DNA of 64,000 nucleotides from Candidatus Palauibacter australiensis (GTDB lineage Bacteria; Gemmatimonadota; Gemmatimonadetes; Palauibacterales; Palauibacteraceae). The DNA lies in assembly GCA_026705295.1 (NCBI GenBank), contig JAPPBA010000146.1, positions 10,776-74,775 on the forward strand. The letters are read 5' to 3'. Each line of letters begins with the position of its first letter. Position 1 is the first letter of the stretch. The notes beneath the pieces are model-generated. The model had not been told where the DNA came from and searched no databases. It saw only the letters and a list, made by a program, of their open reading frames with translations. Positions 55,964 to 64,000 of the stretch are shown here, in pieces. Position numbers and translations under genes: made by a program.

Positions 55964-56962
55964 TCAGCCGCCATCATTCATCGATGCCTGGGCTCGGACC
56001 CACTCGACGGCTTCGCGGTGGGTGCCGAACCAGACGCCGGGCTTCGAGCGGATGTGCTCGATGAGTTCGCGCAGGATCACGATCCGTGAGCGGTGCCCGA
56101 TGTAGTGCGGGTGCATGGTGAGGAGGAACATCGTCCCCTCCTCCCAGGCCACGTCGAACTCGTCCTTGTACACCTCCAGCACCTCGCGCGGGTTGGAGTA
56201 GCGGTCGCCGAGGGGGTTGAAGAGCGGGGCGTCGTCCAGGATCCAGTCCACCGGGAGTTCGACGAGTCCCGTGGGCTCGCCGTTCTGGTTGATCTCGTAG
56301 GGCCGGTCGTCCGCCATGAGCGAGGAGTCGTACAGGAAACCCATCTCGAGCAGGAGGTCGAGTGTCGAGTCGCTGAAGTTCCACGACGGCGCGCGGTAGC
56401 CGACCGGGCGTTCGCCCATGAGTTCCGTCAGCCGCTCGATGGCCATGCGCAGCAGGCGCTCCTCCTCATCGCGCGGGAGCGTGGCGTTTCGCTCGTGGAT
56501 CCAGCCGTGGACGCCGATCTCGTGGCGGCCCGACGCCTGGATCATGTCGACCTGGTGCGGCGCCAGACTGAAGCTGAGGGCGGGCCCGAAGAACGAGGCG
56601 GCGATCCCGTACTCGTCGAGCAGGTCGATGATGCGGCCGAGGGCAACGCGCGAGCCGTATTCTCCCTGCGAGAGGCCTCCCACGTTGGTGTCGCCGTTCC
56701 GCAGCCAGACCGTCTCGTTGTCCACGTCGAAGGAGAGCAGCACGGCGACTCGGCCGCCGTCCGGCCACGAGTCCGGGTTCAGGTCGCGCCCGGCGCGCAC
56801 CCGGTTGACGGCTTCGAACACGCGCTCTTCGGACCAGCGCCACGGCGGATCGTCCGCCTCCTGAGCCGCGCGGGCCGTCGCCGGAGTCGCGGCGGCGGCC
56901 GCCGCGCCGCAGAGGACGACGGCGAGTCCGCGAGAAATCGAAGATCGGTTCCGGCCGGTCAT
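55964..56962 (-). CDS. polysaccharide deacetylase (CE4/PuuE-like) family protein, secreted
   Basis: Signal ..AATPATARAAQ. VLLSFDVDNE (Asp-Asp metal motif) and GVHGWIHE. Confidence 0.8.
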   Translation of the reverse strand: MTGRNRSSISRGLAVVLCGAAAAAATPATARAAQEADDPPWRWSEERVFEAVNRVRAGRDLNPDSWPDGGRVAVLLSFDVDNETVWLRNGDTNVGGLSQGEYGSRVALGRIIDLLDEYGIAASFFGPALSFSLAPHQVDMIQASGRHEIGVHGWIHERNATLPRDEEERLLRMAIERLTELMGERPVGYRAPSWNFSDSTLDLLLEMGFLYDSSLMADDRPYEINQNGEPTGLVELPVDWILDDAPLFNPLGDRYSNPREVLEVYKDEFDVAWEEGTMFLLTMHPHYIGHRSRIVILRELIEHIRSKPGVWFGTHREAVEWVRAQASMNDGG

Positions 56963-57131
56963 GAGGGTTCCTCCGTTTCGGTAGTCATCTCAAGTCTGAA
57001 GGCTTATTTTAACAGATTGCTCGTGAATCGGACGGACGGCGCCGATTCCGTTCGGCGCAGAGAGCTGTCCCCGATTCGCGGGGCTCGTCGCCGTGGTGCC
57101 GGCCCTCCCCTGATTATGGCGACGACGACAC

Positions 57132-58739
57132 ATGACGACTACAACGGCCGAAATCGGCACCATGGACCTCAGCGCGCACGGGATCACCGTCACCCGCATA
57201 AAACGTAATCCCCCCGTGGGGGACGTCTACGCCGACGCCCTGAGCGGGCGCGAACCCGGCGCGGTGCGGGCGGCGAACGGAGCCCTCGTGGCTTTCTCGG
57301 GCGCCAAGACCGGCCGCTCGCCGAACGACAAGCATGTGGTATCCGATCCGGAGACCGAGCGGGACGTCTGGTGGGGTCCGGTCAACTTCCCCATCGAGCG
57401 CGAGAGCTTCCGCCGGAATCGCGAACGCGCGCGGGCATTCCTGAACGCGCAGGATCTCCTCTACGTCATCGACGGTTTCGCGGGCTGGGACCCGGCCTAC
57501 CGCCTCAACGTCCGGATTATCTGCAACCGCCCGTACCACGCCCTCTTCATGCACAACATGCTCATCCGCCCCACGCCCGCGGAGCTGGCGGAGTTCGGCG
57601 AGCCCGACTTCGTCGTCTACAACGCGGGCCAGGAGGCGGCGGACCCGTCGGTCGAGGGCGTCACCTCCCCGACGAGCGTCGATCTCTCCTTCGCCGACAA
57701 CGAGGCCTGCATCCTCGGGACCGAGTACGCGGGGGAGATGAAGAAGGGCGTGTTCACGATCATGAACTACCTCATGCCGAAGCGGGACGTGCTCTCGATG
57801 CACTGCTCGGCGACCACCGACCCGGAGACCGGGGCGTCGTCGCTCCTCTTCGGTCTCTCGGGTACGGGGAAGACGACGCTCTCGGCCGACCCGAACCGGC
57901 GGCTCATCGGCGACGACGAGCACTGCTGGACCGACGCGGGGATCTTCAACATCGAGGGCGGCTGCTACGCGAAGACGATCGACCTCTCGGAGGAGAAGGA
58001 ACCGGACATCTACCGGGCGCTGCGCTACGGCGCGGTGCTGGAGAACGTCGTGCTGCGGGACGACCGGAGCGTGGACTGGTCGGATTCGTCAATCACGCAG
58101 AACACGCGCGGCAGCTACCCGATCGAGTTCATCGACAACGCGCAGGTGCCGTGCGTGGCGGGTCACCCGACGGACGTGATCTTCCTGACGGCGGACGCGT
58201 TCGGCGTGCTGCCGCCGGTGAGCCGGTTGACGCCCGAGCAGGCCATGTACCACTTCATCAGCGGGTACACGGCGAAGGTCGCGGGGACGGAGGTCGGCGT
58301 CACCGACCCGGTGGCGACGTTCTCGCCCTGTTTCGGGGGACCGTTCCTCGTGTGGCACCCGGCGAAGTACGCGCGCCTGCTCGCCGACCGCATGCAGGAG
58401 CACGGCGTGAAGGTCTGGCTCGTGAACACGGGCTGGAGCGGCGGGCCGTTCGGCGTCGGTGCGCGCATCGACCTTCCGCACACGCGCCGGATGGTCGACG
58501 CGATCCACGCGGGCGAACTCGACGGGGCGCCGACGGAGCCGGACCCGGTGTTCGGCGTCCACGTCGTGACGGACGTGCCGGGCGTGCCCGGCGAGATTCT
58601 GCGGCCGCGCGCGACGTGGCCCGATCCCGAGGCGTACGACGAAAAGGCCGCGCACCTGGCTCGGCTCTTCAGGGATAATTTCAGGGAATACAAGGACGAC
58701 TGTCCGCCGGAGGTGTGTGCGGCGGGCCCCGTGGCCTAG
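57132..58739 (+). CDS. pckA: phosphoenolpyruvate carboxykinase (ATP)
   Basis: FGLSGTGKTTLS kinase-1a loop, GDDEHCW, NIEGGCYAK. Confidence 0.93.
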   Translation: MTTTTAEIGTMDLSAHGITVTRIKRNPPVGDVYADALSGREPGAVRAANGALVAFSGAKTGRSPNDKHVVSDPETERDVWWGPVNFPIERESFRRNRERARAFLNAQDLLYVIDGFAGWDPAYRLNVRIICNRPYHALFMHNMLIRPTPAELAEFGEPDFVVYNAGQEAADPSVEGVTSPTSVDLSFADNEACILGTEYAGEMKKGVFTIMNYLMPKRDVLSMHCSATTDPETGASSLLFGLSGTGKTTLSADPNRRLIGDDEHCWTDAGIFNIEGGCYAKTIDLSEEKEPDIYRALRYGAVLENVVLRDDRSVDWSDSSITQNTRGSYPIEFIDNAQVPCVAGHPTDVIFLTADAFGVLPPVSRLTPEQAMYHFISGYTAKVAGTEVGVTDPVATFSPCFGGPFLVWHPAKYARLLADRMQEHGVKVWLVNTGWSGGPFGVGARIDLPHTRRMVDAIHAGELDGAPTEPDPVFGVHVVTDVPGVPGEILRPRATWPDPEAYDEKAAHLARLFRDNFREYKDDCPPEVCAAGPVA

Positions 58740-58752
58740 AGGAGGAAGCCCG

Positions 58753-60387
58753 ATGCGGCGACGCGATCTGATGTTGGCGGTGGGTCTGGCGGCAATGGTG
58801 TCCGGGTGTACGAGCGGGCAGCGGGAAGCGCCGCGGATGGCGGGCGCCGCCATGGCCGGCGCCGCGCAGGCCGGCAACGGCGACGGGAACTCGACTCCGC
58901 TGTATGGGAACCTGGGGCCGCACAATCGCCCGATCACCACGCAGTCGGAGAAGGCGCAGGCCTACTTCGACGAGGGCCTGCTGTTCATGTACGCCTTCGG
59001 TACCTCGGTCGCCGAGGAGTCGTTCCGGGCCTCGCAGGCGGAGGACCCGGCGTGCGCCTCGTGCTACTGGGGCGAGGCGTGGTCGCTGGCCCCGTACCTG
59101 AACGGCGGCATGTCGCCCGGCAACGAGCGCTCGGCCCACGCCGCCATGCAGAAGGCAAAGGAGCACAAGTCGGGCGCGACCGGGGTCGAGCAGGCGCTGA
59201 TCGACGCCTTCGCCGTGCGCTTCGAGGCCGACCCGGAGCGCTCGCGCCGCCGCATGCTCGACACGCTGTACGCGCGGGAGATGGACAAGGTCGCGGCGCG
59301 CTACCCGGACGATCTGGATGTGCTCACGCTGCAGGCCGAAGCCTGGATGCTGCTGCGCCCCCGGCGCGGCGATGTGGATCTCGGGGCGAAGGATGTGAAG
59401 AAGATCCGCCCTATCCTCGAGACCGTACTGGCGCGCGACATCCGCCACCCCGGCGCCTGTCACCTCTACATCCACCTCGTGGAGGCATCGCAGGATCCGG
59501 GTCTGGCCGAGGCGTGTTCGGACCACCTCGGAAGCCAGATCGCCGTGAGCCACATCCACCACATGCCGACGCACATCTACATGAACATCGGCCGCTGGGG
59601 CGACGCGGTGCGCGGCAACCAGCAGGCGTGGCACGCGGACCAGAAGGCCGCGCACGGCGGCCCTCCCGGCGTCTATCCCTCGCACAACCTGCACATGCTG
59701 CTCAACGCCGCCGTGATGGACGGGCAGAGCGCCGTCGCGATCCAGGCGGCGAAGGATCTGTCGGGGCACCGCGGGCCGTGGGGGGCCTACATCCCGCTCA
59801 CCTACGCCGCGTTCGGCCGCTGGAGCGAGATCCTGGCGGGCGACGGGCCGAAGTCGGATCAACCCATGGAACTCGTCGCGTGGAGCTTCTCGCGCGGCCT
59901 CGCCTACCTTCGGATGGGGCACGTCGACGTCGCGGAGGACCACCTCAAGGAGATCGATGAGGCGCTCGAGGAGGCCGATCCCTCCGCCACCTTCCGCTAC
60001 AGCCCGCTCGCGGACATCGTCGCGCTGCCGCGCTCGATCCTCGCGGGGGAAATCTTCAACGCGCGGGGGAAGGCGGAGGACGCCGTCGCGGTGCTGAAGC
60101 ACGGCATCGAGAAGGAGGACGGACTCATCTACTCGGAGCCGCGGGCGTGGCACATGCCGGTCCGCCATACGCTCGGCGCCATCCTGCTCGAGAACGACCA
60201 GGCGGCGGAGGCGGAACAGGTGTACCGCGGCGCGCTCGATGATCTGCCCAATCAGGGCTGGGCGTACTTCGGCCTCATGCAGGCGCTCGATGCGCAGAAG
60301 AAGACGGCGCAGGCGCAGGAAGCGCGGCGGGAGTTCGACCGCTACTGGGTCCGCGCCGACACCTGGCTGCGCTCGTCGAGATTCTGA
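58753..60387 (+). CDS. hypothetical all-alpha/TPR-like lipoprotein
   Basis: GGAGGA RBS, then MRRRDLMLAVGLAAMVSGC. Helical repeat character. C-terminal WAYFGLMQAL..A.A is TPR-like. Confidence 0.55.
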   Translation: MRRRDLMLAVGLAAMVSGCTSGQREAPRMAGAAMAGAAQAGNGDGNSTPLYGNLGPHNRPITTQSEKAQAYFDEGLLFMYAFGTSVAEESFRASQAEDPACASCYWGEAWSLAPYLNGGMSPGNERSAHAAMQKAKEHKSGATGVEQALIDAFAVRFEADPERSRRRMLDTLYAREMDKVAARYPDDLDVLTLQAEAWMLLRPRRGDVDLGAKDVKKIRPILETVLARDIRHPGACHLYIHLVEASQDPGLAEACSDHLGSQIAVSHIHHMPTHIYMNIGRWGDAVRGNQQAWHADQKAAHGGPPGVYPSHNLHMLLNAAVMDGQSAVAIQAAKDLSGHRGPWGAYIPLTYAAFGRWSEILAGDGPKSDQPMELVAWSFSRGLAYLRMGHVDVAEDHLKEIDEALEEADPSATFRYSPLADIVALPRSILAGEIFNARGKAEDAVAVLKHGIEKEDGLIYSEPRAWHMPVRHTLGAILLENDQAAEAEQVYRGALDDLPNQGWAYFGLMQALDAQKKTAQAQEARREFDRYWVRADTWLRSSRF

Positions 60388-60430
60388 CGCCGTCGCGAAC
60401 GGCTTCTGCGCGAGACCGGGCCGAACTCCC

Positions 60431-61312
60431 GTGATCGACTTCTCGCCGCCCGAGAGTCCGCACCGGGTCAGCTACGATGGCGACTTCGACATCTCCCGGG
60501 CGGTGACGGCGCCACCGTCCGACGCGCCCTCCGAGCGCGAGATGAGAAAGGAACTGAAGCGCACGGTACGCAGGATCTCGCGGCTCCAGCGGCGTCTCCA
60601 CGCGCACCGCCACTACGCCGTGCTGCTCGTTTTCCAGGCGATGGACGCGGCCGGCAAGGACTCGACGCTGCGGGCGGTCATGACGGGCGTGAATCCGGCC
60701 GGCTTCCGGATCAACGCGTTCGAGGCGCCGTCCAACGAGGAGGCGAGGCACGACTTCCTTTGGCGCACGACGCGTCGGCTTCCCGAGAAGGGCCGGATCG
60801 GGATCTTCAACCGCAGTTACTACGAGGAAGTGCTCATCGTGCGGGTTCATCCTGAGTTCCTCGACCGGCAGAAACTCCCGCGGAAATTGCCGATTATGGA
60901 GCGGTGTGAGGAACGGTACGAGTCGATTCGCGACCACGAGGCGCACTTGGCGCGGAACGGGACCGTGATCCTGAAGTTCTGGCTCAACATCTCGAAAGAA
61001 GAGCAGGCCCGCCGCTTCCTGCGCCGCATCGACCGTCCCGACAAGAACTGGAAGTTCAATCGCGCCGACATCGAGGAACGGCAACACTGGGACGAGTACA
61101 TGGCCGCGTACGAGGATGCGATCAACGCGACGGCCCGCCCGTGGGCGCCGTGGTACGCGATCCCCGCCGATTCGAAGCCCTGGATGCGGCTCCTCGTCGC
61201 CCGCTTGGTGCGCGACCAGCTTGCCACCCTCGACCTCACAGATCCCGCACTACCCGAAGACGAGCGCGCCGAACTCCAGGGCTACCGCGCCGATCTCACC
61301 GCCGAACTCTGA
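60431..61312 (+). CDS. ppk2: polyphosphate kinase 2 family (polyphosphate:nucleotide phosphotransferase)
   Basis: GTG start. LLVFQAMDAAGKDS (Walker A-like), FNRSYYEEV, WKFNRADIEER and the PWYAIPADSK lid. Confidence 0.85.
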   Translation: MIDFSPPESPHRVSYDGDFDISRAVTAPPSDAPSEREMRKELKRTVRRISRLQRRLHAHRHYAVLLVFQAMDAAGKDSTLRAVMTGVNPAGFRINAFEAPSNEEARHDFLWRTTRRLPEKGRIGIFNRSYYEEVLIVRVHPEFLDRQKLPRKLPIMERCEERYESIRDHEAHLARNGTVILKFWLNISKEEQARRFLRRIDRPDKNWKFNRADIEERQHWDEYMAAYEDAINATARPWAPWYAIPADSKPWMRLLVARLVRDQLATLDLTDPALPEDERAELQGYRADLTAEL

Positions 61313-61335
61313 TCGTGGTTCGCACCTACAACCAC

Positions 61336-62148
61336 ATGCCGACCCGCCATCGCGCCTTTCTCGAGCGCGCGGTTGAGGCTGTACCCGGGATCCACGGCAT
61401 CGTCGGCCTCGCGGCGGGCGGCTCGTTCATCGTGGGCGAGATCGACGAGTTTTCGGATCTCGACCTCGTGCTGGCGGTGGAACCGGGGGCCTGGCCGGAG
61501 ATCCTCGACCGGCAGCAGGCGGTCGCCGCCGAACTCGATCCCTCGTTTCTGGCCGGCTTCACGGGGGAGCACGTGGGAGAGCCGCGCCTGCTCGTGTGCC
61601 TCTACGGTCCTCCCCCCCTGCACGTGGACCTGAAGTTCGTGTCGCTCGACGACGCGCACGAACGGATCGAGGATCCGGTCATCCTGTGGGAGGTCGATGG
61701 CTGCCTGAGCGCGGCGTTCGCGCGGGCCGCCCCCCGGTACCCGGCCGCGGATCCGGACTGGATCGAGGATCGCTTCTGGATCTGGGCGCACTACCTCGCG
61801 GACAAGATCGAGCGCGGGGAGATCTTCGAGGCGCTGGACGGACTGACGTTGCTTCGGACCGCCGTGCTGGGACCGCTGGCGTTCCTCGGAGCCGGCGTCG
61901 AGGCGACCGGCGTGCGCCGGATCGAGGACCGGCTCCCCGCCTTCGCGACCGACCTCGAACGGACGGTTGGAGGCGTCGACGCCGCGGCGTGCGTGGCCGC
62001 ACTCGAAGCGGCGATCGAACTCTACACCGGGTTGCGGGCGGCCGGCGGCGAGGGAAGCGAAGGCGAAACGAGCCCTATCGAACGCGAAGTCCGGGCGTAC
62101 GTCGCGGGGCTTCCCGCCCGGCTTGGCCTCGGCGGGTCCCGCACCTGA
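61336..62148 (+). CDS. nucleotidyltransferase-domain protein (aminoglycoside/antibiotic NTase-like fold)
   Basis: GLAAGGSFIVGEIDEFSDLDLVL (GS..DxD minimal NTase motif), followed by a helical substrate domain. Confidence 0.6.
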   Translation: MPTRHRAFLERAVEAVPGIHGIVGLAAGGSFIVGEIDEFSDLDLVLAVEPGAWPEILDRQQAVAAELDPSFLAGFTGEHVGEPRLLVCLYGPPPLHVDLKFVSLDDAHERIEDPVILWEVDGCLSAAFARAAPRYPAADPDWIEDRFWIWAHYLADKIERGEIFEALDGLTLLRTAVLGPLAFLGAGVEATGVRRIEDRLPAFATDLERTVGGVDAAACVAALEAAIELYTGLRAAGGEGSEGETSPIEREVRAYVAGLPARLGLGGSRT

Positions 62149-62245
62149 CCCCTCCCGGGCCGCGCCGCGGCCGGACGTCTGTTCCGGGATCGGCTGCGCC
62201 AACATTTTGCGACCCTTGGCCGATCTCGCGCACCGGGAGGCGTTC

Positions 62246-63382
62246 ATGGCCGGCAGACAACATCGACTTGAGCACCCGTACGCCGGAGCGGTCCGCCGCC
62301 GGAGCGCGCTTCCACCCACCCTCCTCGCGGGAATCTGGCTTTGTGTCGGTTGCGCGCCGGATAGCGGCGCAGGAACGGGCGGCGATGACGGCAGCGGCGC
62401 GGAGGGCGGGGCAGCGACGACGGAGGCCGTCCACTTCGCGTTCACGGAGGTCGTGCCGGGGGTCTATCACGCGCGCGGCGCCAGCGACCTCGTCGTGGGA
62501 TCGAACGCCGGCGTGGTCGTGAACGAGGCGGACGTGCTCCTCGTCGATTCCCACATTTCCCCCGCGGCGGCGAGCGCCCTCATCGAGGACCTGCGCTCGA
62601 TCACCGACAACCCTGTGCGCTACGCCGCGAACACGCACTGGCACTTCGACCACGCGCACGGCAACCAGGTGTATCCGCCGGAGGTCGAGATCATCAGCCA
62701 CGAGGCGACCCGCGCGGCGATCGCGGCCGGACGCTCGAATTCGGGCCGCTCCTACGAACTCTTCGTGGGATCGATCCCGGGGCGGATCGGGCAGATGGAG
62801 GCAACGCTCGACACGATGACGGACGCGGCGGCGCGCGCGGAGCTGGAGGCCACGCTCGAACGTCAGCGGACCTACTACGCCCAGTTGCAGGAGGTCGTCC
62901 CGACGCCCCCCAACACGACGCTCTCGGAGCGGCTCACGCTCTATAAGGGCGGACGCGAGATCCAGTTCCACTTCTTCGGGCGCGCCCACACGGAGGGCGA
63001 CGTCATCGTTTACCTCCCGGATGACCGCGTGATCATCACCGGAGACATGCTCACCGCCGGTCTCCCCTATATGGGCGATGGGTACGTGAACGAGTGGGTC
63101 GAGACGCTCGACCGCCTGAAGGCGCTCGACTTCGACTGGATCATCCCCGGCCACGGCGAGCCGTACCGGGAGCGAGAGCGAATCGACCACCTGCAGGCCT
63201 ACATGCGGGACCTGTGGGACCAGTCCGTCGCGCTCCACGGTCAGGGAGTGAGCGCCGAGGACGCGGCGGTGCGCATCGACCTTACGGCACACGCCGACAA
63301 CTTCGGCGGCATCGCGAGTCCGGGCGCGAACCCGGTCGCGGTGCTGCGGATCTTCGAGTTGCTCGACGGCACCGCGAACTGA
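62246..63382 (+). CDS. MBL-fold metallo-hydrolase, lipoprotein
   Basis: GGGAGG RBS. Lipobox LCVGC. HWHFDHAHGN (HxHxDH) and ..PGHGE. Confidence 0.8.
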   Translation: MAGRQHRLEHPYAGAVRRRSALPPTLLAGIWLCVGCAPDSGAGTGGDDGSGAEGGAATTEAVHFAFTEVVPGVYHARGASDLVVGSNAGVVVNEADVLLVDSHISPAAASALIEDLRSITDNPVRYAANTHWHFDHAHGNQVYPPEVEIISHEATRAAIAAGRSNSGRSYELFVGSIPGRIGQMEATLDTMTDAAARAELEATLERQRTYYAQLQEVVPTPPNTTLSERLTLYKGGREIQFHFFGRAHTEGDVIVYLPDDRVIITGDMLTAGLPYMGDGYVNEWVETLDRLKALDFDWIIPGHGEPYRERERIDHLQAYMRDLWDQSVALHGQGVSAEDAAVRIDLTAHADNFGGIASPGANPVAVLRIFELLDGTAN

Positions 63383-63431
63383 GACGAGGCGCACGGACGG
63401 AACCATGAAGACGGAACCAGAAAGGGAGTTC

Positions 63432-64000
63432 ATGATGTCCACAGATTCGAATCGTCGCGATTTTCTGAAGGTCACGGCTGCGGCGGGCGCCGCCCTCGGG
63501 CTCGGCGTCCCCGGCGCGGCCCGCGCCCTCTCGCCCCGACCGTCCGCGAACCGGGCGCCCGCGGGGCAGGCCCGGACGCTGCTGATCCTGGGCGGGACCG
63601 GCTTCATCGGCCCCTACCAGGTTCGATCGGCGCTCGCGCAGGGGCTGGAGGTGACGATCTTCAACCGCGGCAGCCGCCCCGGCATGTTCGAGGGCGTCGA
63701 GGAACTCGTCGGGGACCGGAACGGGGACTTCGAGTCGCTGCGCGGCCGGACTTGGGACGTCGTGATTGACAACTCCACGGCTCGTCCCGACTGGGTGACG
63801 AGCATCGGGGAGTTCCTCCGCGACTCGGTCGGGTACTTCTACTACGTCTCCTCGCGCTCGGCGTACGCGAGCCACTCCACCGTGCCGATGACGTCCGCCG
63901 TGCCCTCCTACACGTACGAGACGGCCGGCGTGGACCGTGCGACCGCCGACATCACGCGGCTCCCCTACGGCCTCGCGAAGGCGGAGTCCGAGCGCGAGGC
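63432..64000 (+). CDS. NAD(P)-dependent epimerase/dehydratase-like Rossmann protein with TAT signal (partial; runs off the right edge)
   Basis: Hand translation: MMSTDSNRRDFLKVTAAAGAALGLGVPGAARA..LLILGGTGFIGPYQV..YGLAKAESE. Absent from the ORF track because there is no stop in the window. Confidence 0.75.
   Translation, partial: MMSTDSNRRDFLKVTAAAGAALGLGVPGAARALSPRPSANRAPAGQARTLLILGGTGFIGPYQVRSALAQGLEVTIFNRGSRPGMFEGVEELVGDRNGDFESLRGRTWDVVIDNSTARPDWVTSIGEFLRDSVGYFYYVSSRSAYASHSTVPMTSAVPSYTYETAGVDRATADITRLPYGLAKAESERE

Noticed and set aside
1-64000. CRISPR arrays, IS elements/transposases, integrases, prophage genes, rRNA.
   Set aside because: I saw no regularly spaced direct repeats, no DDE or tyrosine/serine recombinase motifs, and no phage structural genes in any frame. 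The absence is by eye only and should be confirmed with dedicated tools.

Overview
This is a visibly high-GC bacterial chromosomal segment. The many lipobox and twin-arginine (TAT) signal peptides and the CarboxypepD_reg-type proteins suggest a Gemmatimonadota-like organism, but that is inference only. I can support about 52 protein-coding genes. I see no rRNA, tRNA, CRISPR array, integrase or transposase.

All calls come from reading the supplied translations and from my own hand translation for motifs. No database search was run.

The ORF track needs three corrections:
- It renders ATG, GTG and TTG starts all as M.
- It omits ORFs that run off the window edges. I recovered two by hand: nagB at 1..903(-) and a TAT-signal Rossmann protein at 63432..64000(+).
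- Many of its longest entries are Arg/Pro/Gly-rich antisense or out-of-frame shadows of real genes, as expected in high-GC DNA.

The content is dominated by exported hydrolases:
- Peptidases: M16, S9 x2, S15 and M48.
- DUF885.
- An amidase-signature enzyme.
- Five amidohydrolase-superfamily enzymes.
- Two beta-lactamase-fold serine hydrolases.

The rest is transporters (TonB-dependent receptor, MFS, BioY, a DAACS symporter), two sulfite-oxidase-family molybdoenzymes, and housekeeping genes (rph, pckA, msrA, htpX, ppk2, an MTH1-type NUDIX).

There are three small accessory insertions:
- A HigBA module at 34.3-34.9 kb.
- A co-directional DNA methyltransferase / Gp49-HigB-type toxin / XRE antitoxin cassette at 42.0-43.6 kb.
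- A solitary sulfur-binding-domain HNH (phosphorothioate-dependent type IV restriction-like) gene at 51.4-52.3 kb.

Best candidates for something undescribed:
1. The methyltransferase-toxin-antitoxin cassette and its upstream 16-bp palindrome.
2. A translationally coupled pair at 21.6-24.4 kb: a His-rich polytopic membrane protein plus a multi-Ig-like protein with an N-terminal His and HxHP motifs, followed by a PP-loop ATPase.
3. A DUF305 / LVIVD-propeller / cupin trio.
4. A repeat-domain lipoprotein gene interrupted by a single in-frame TAG.

None of these can be proven novel from sequence alone.
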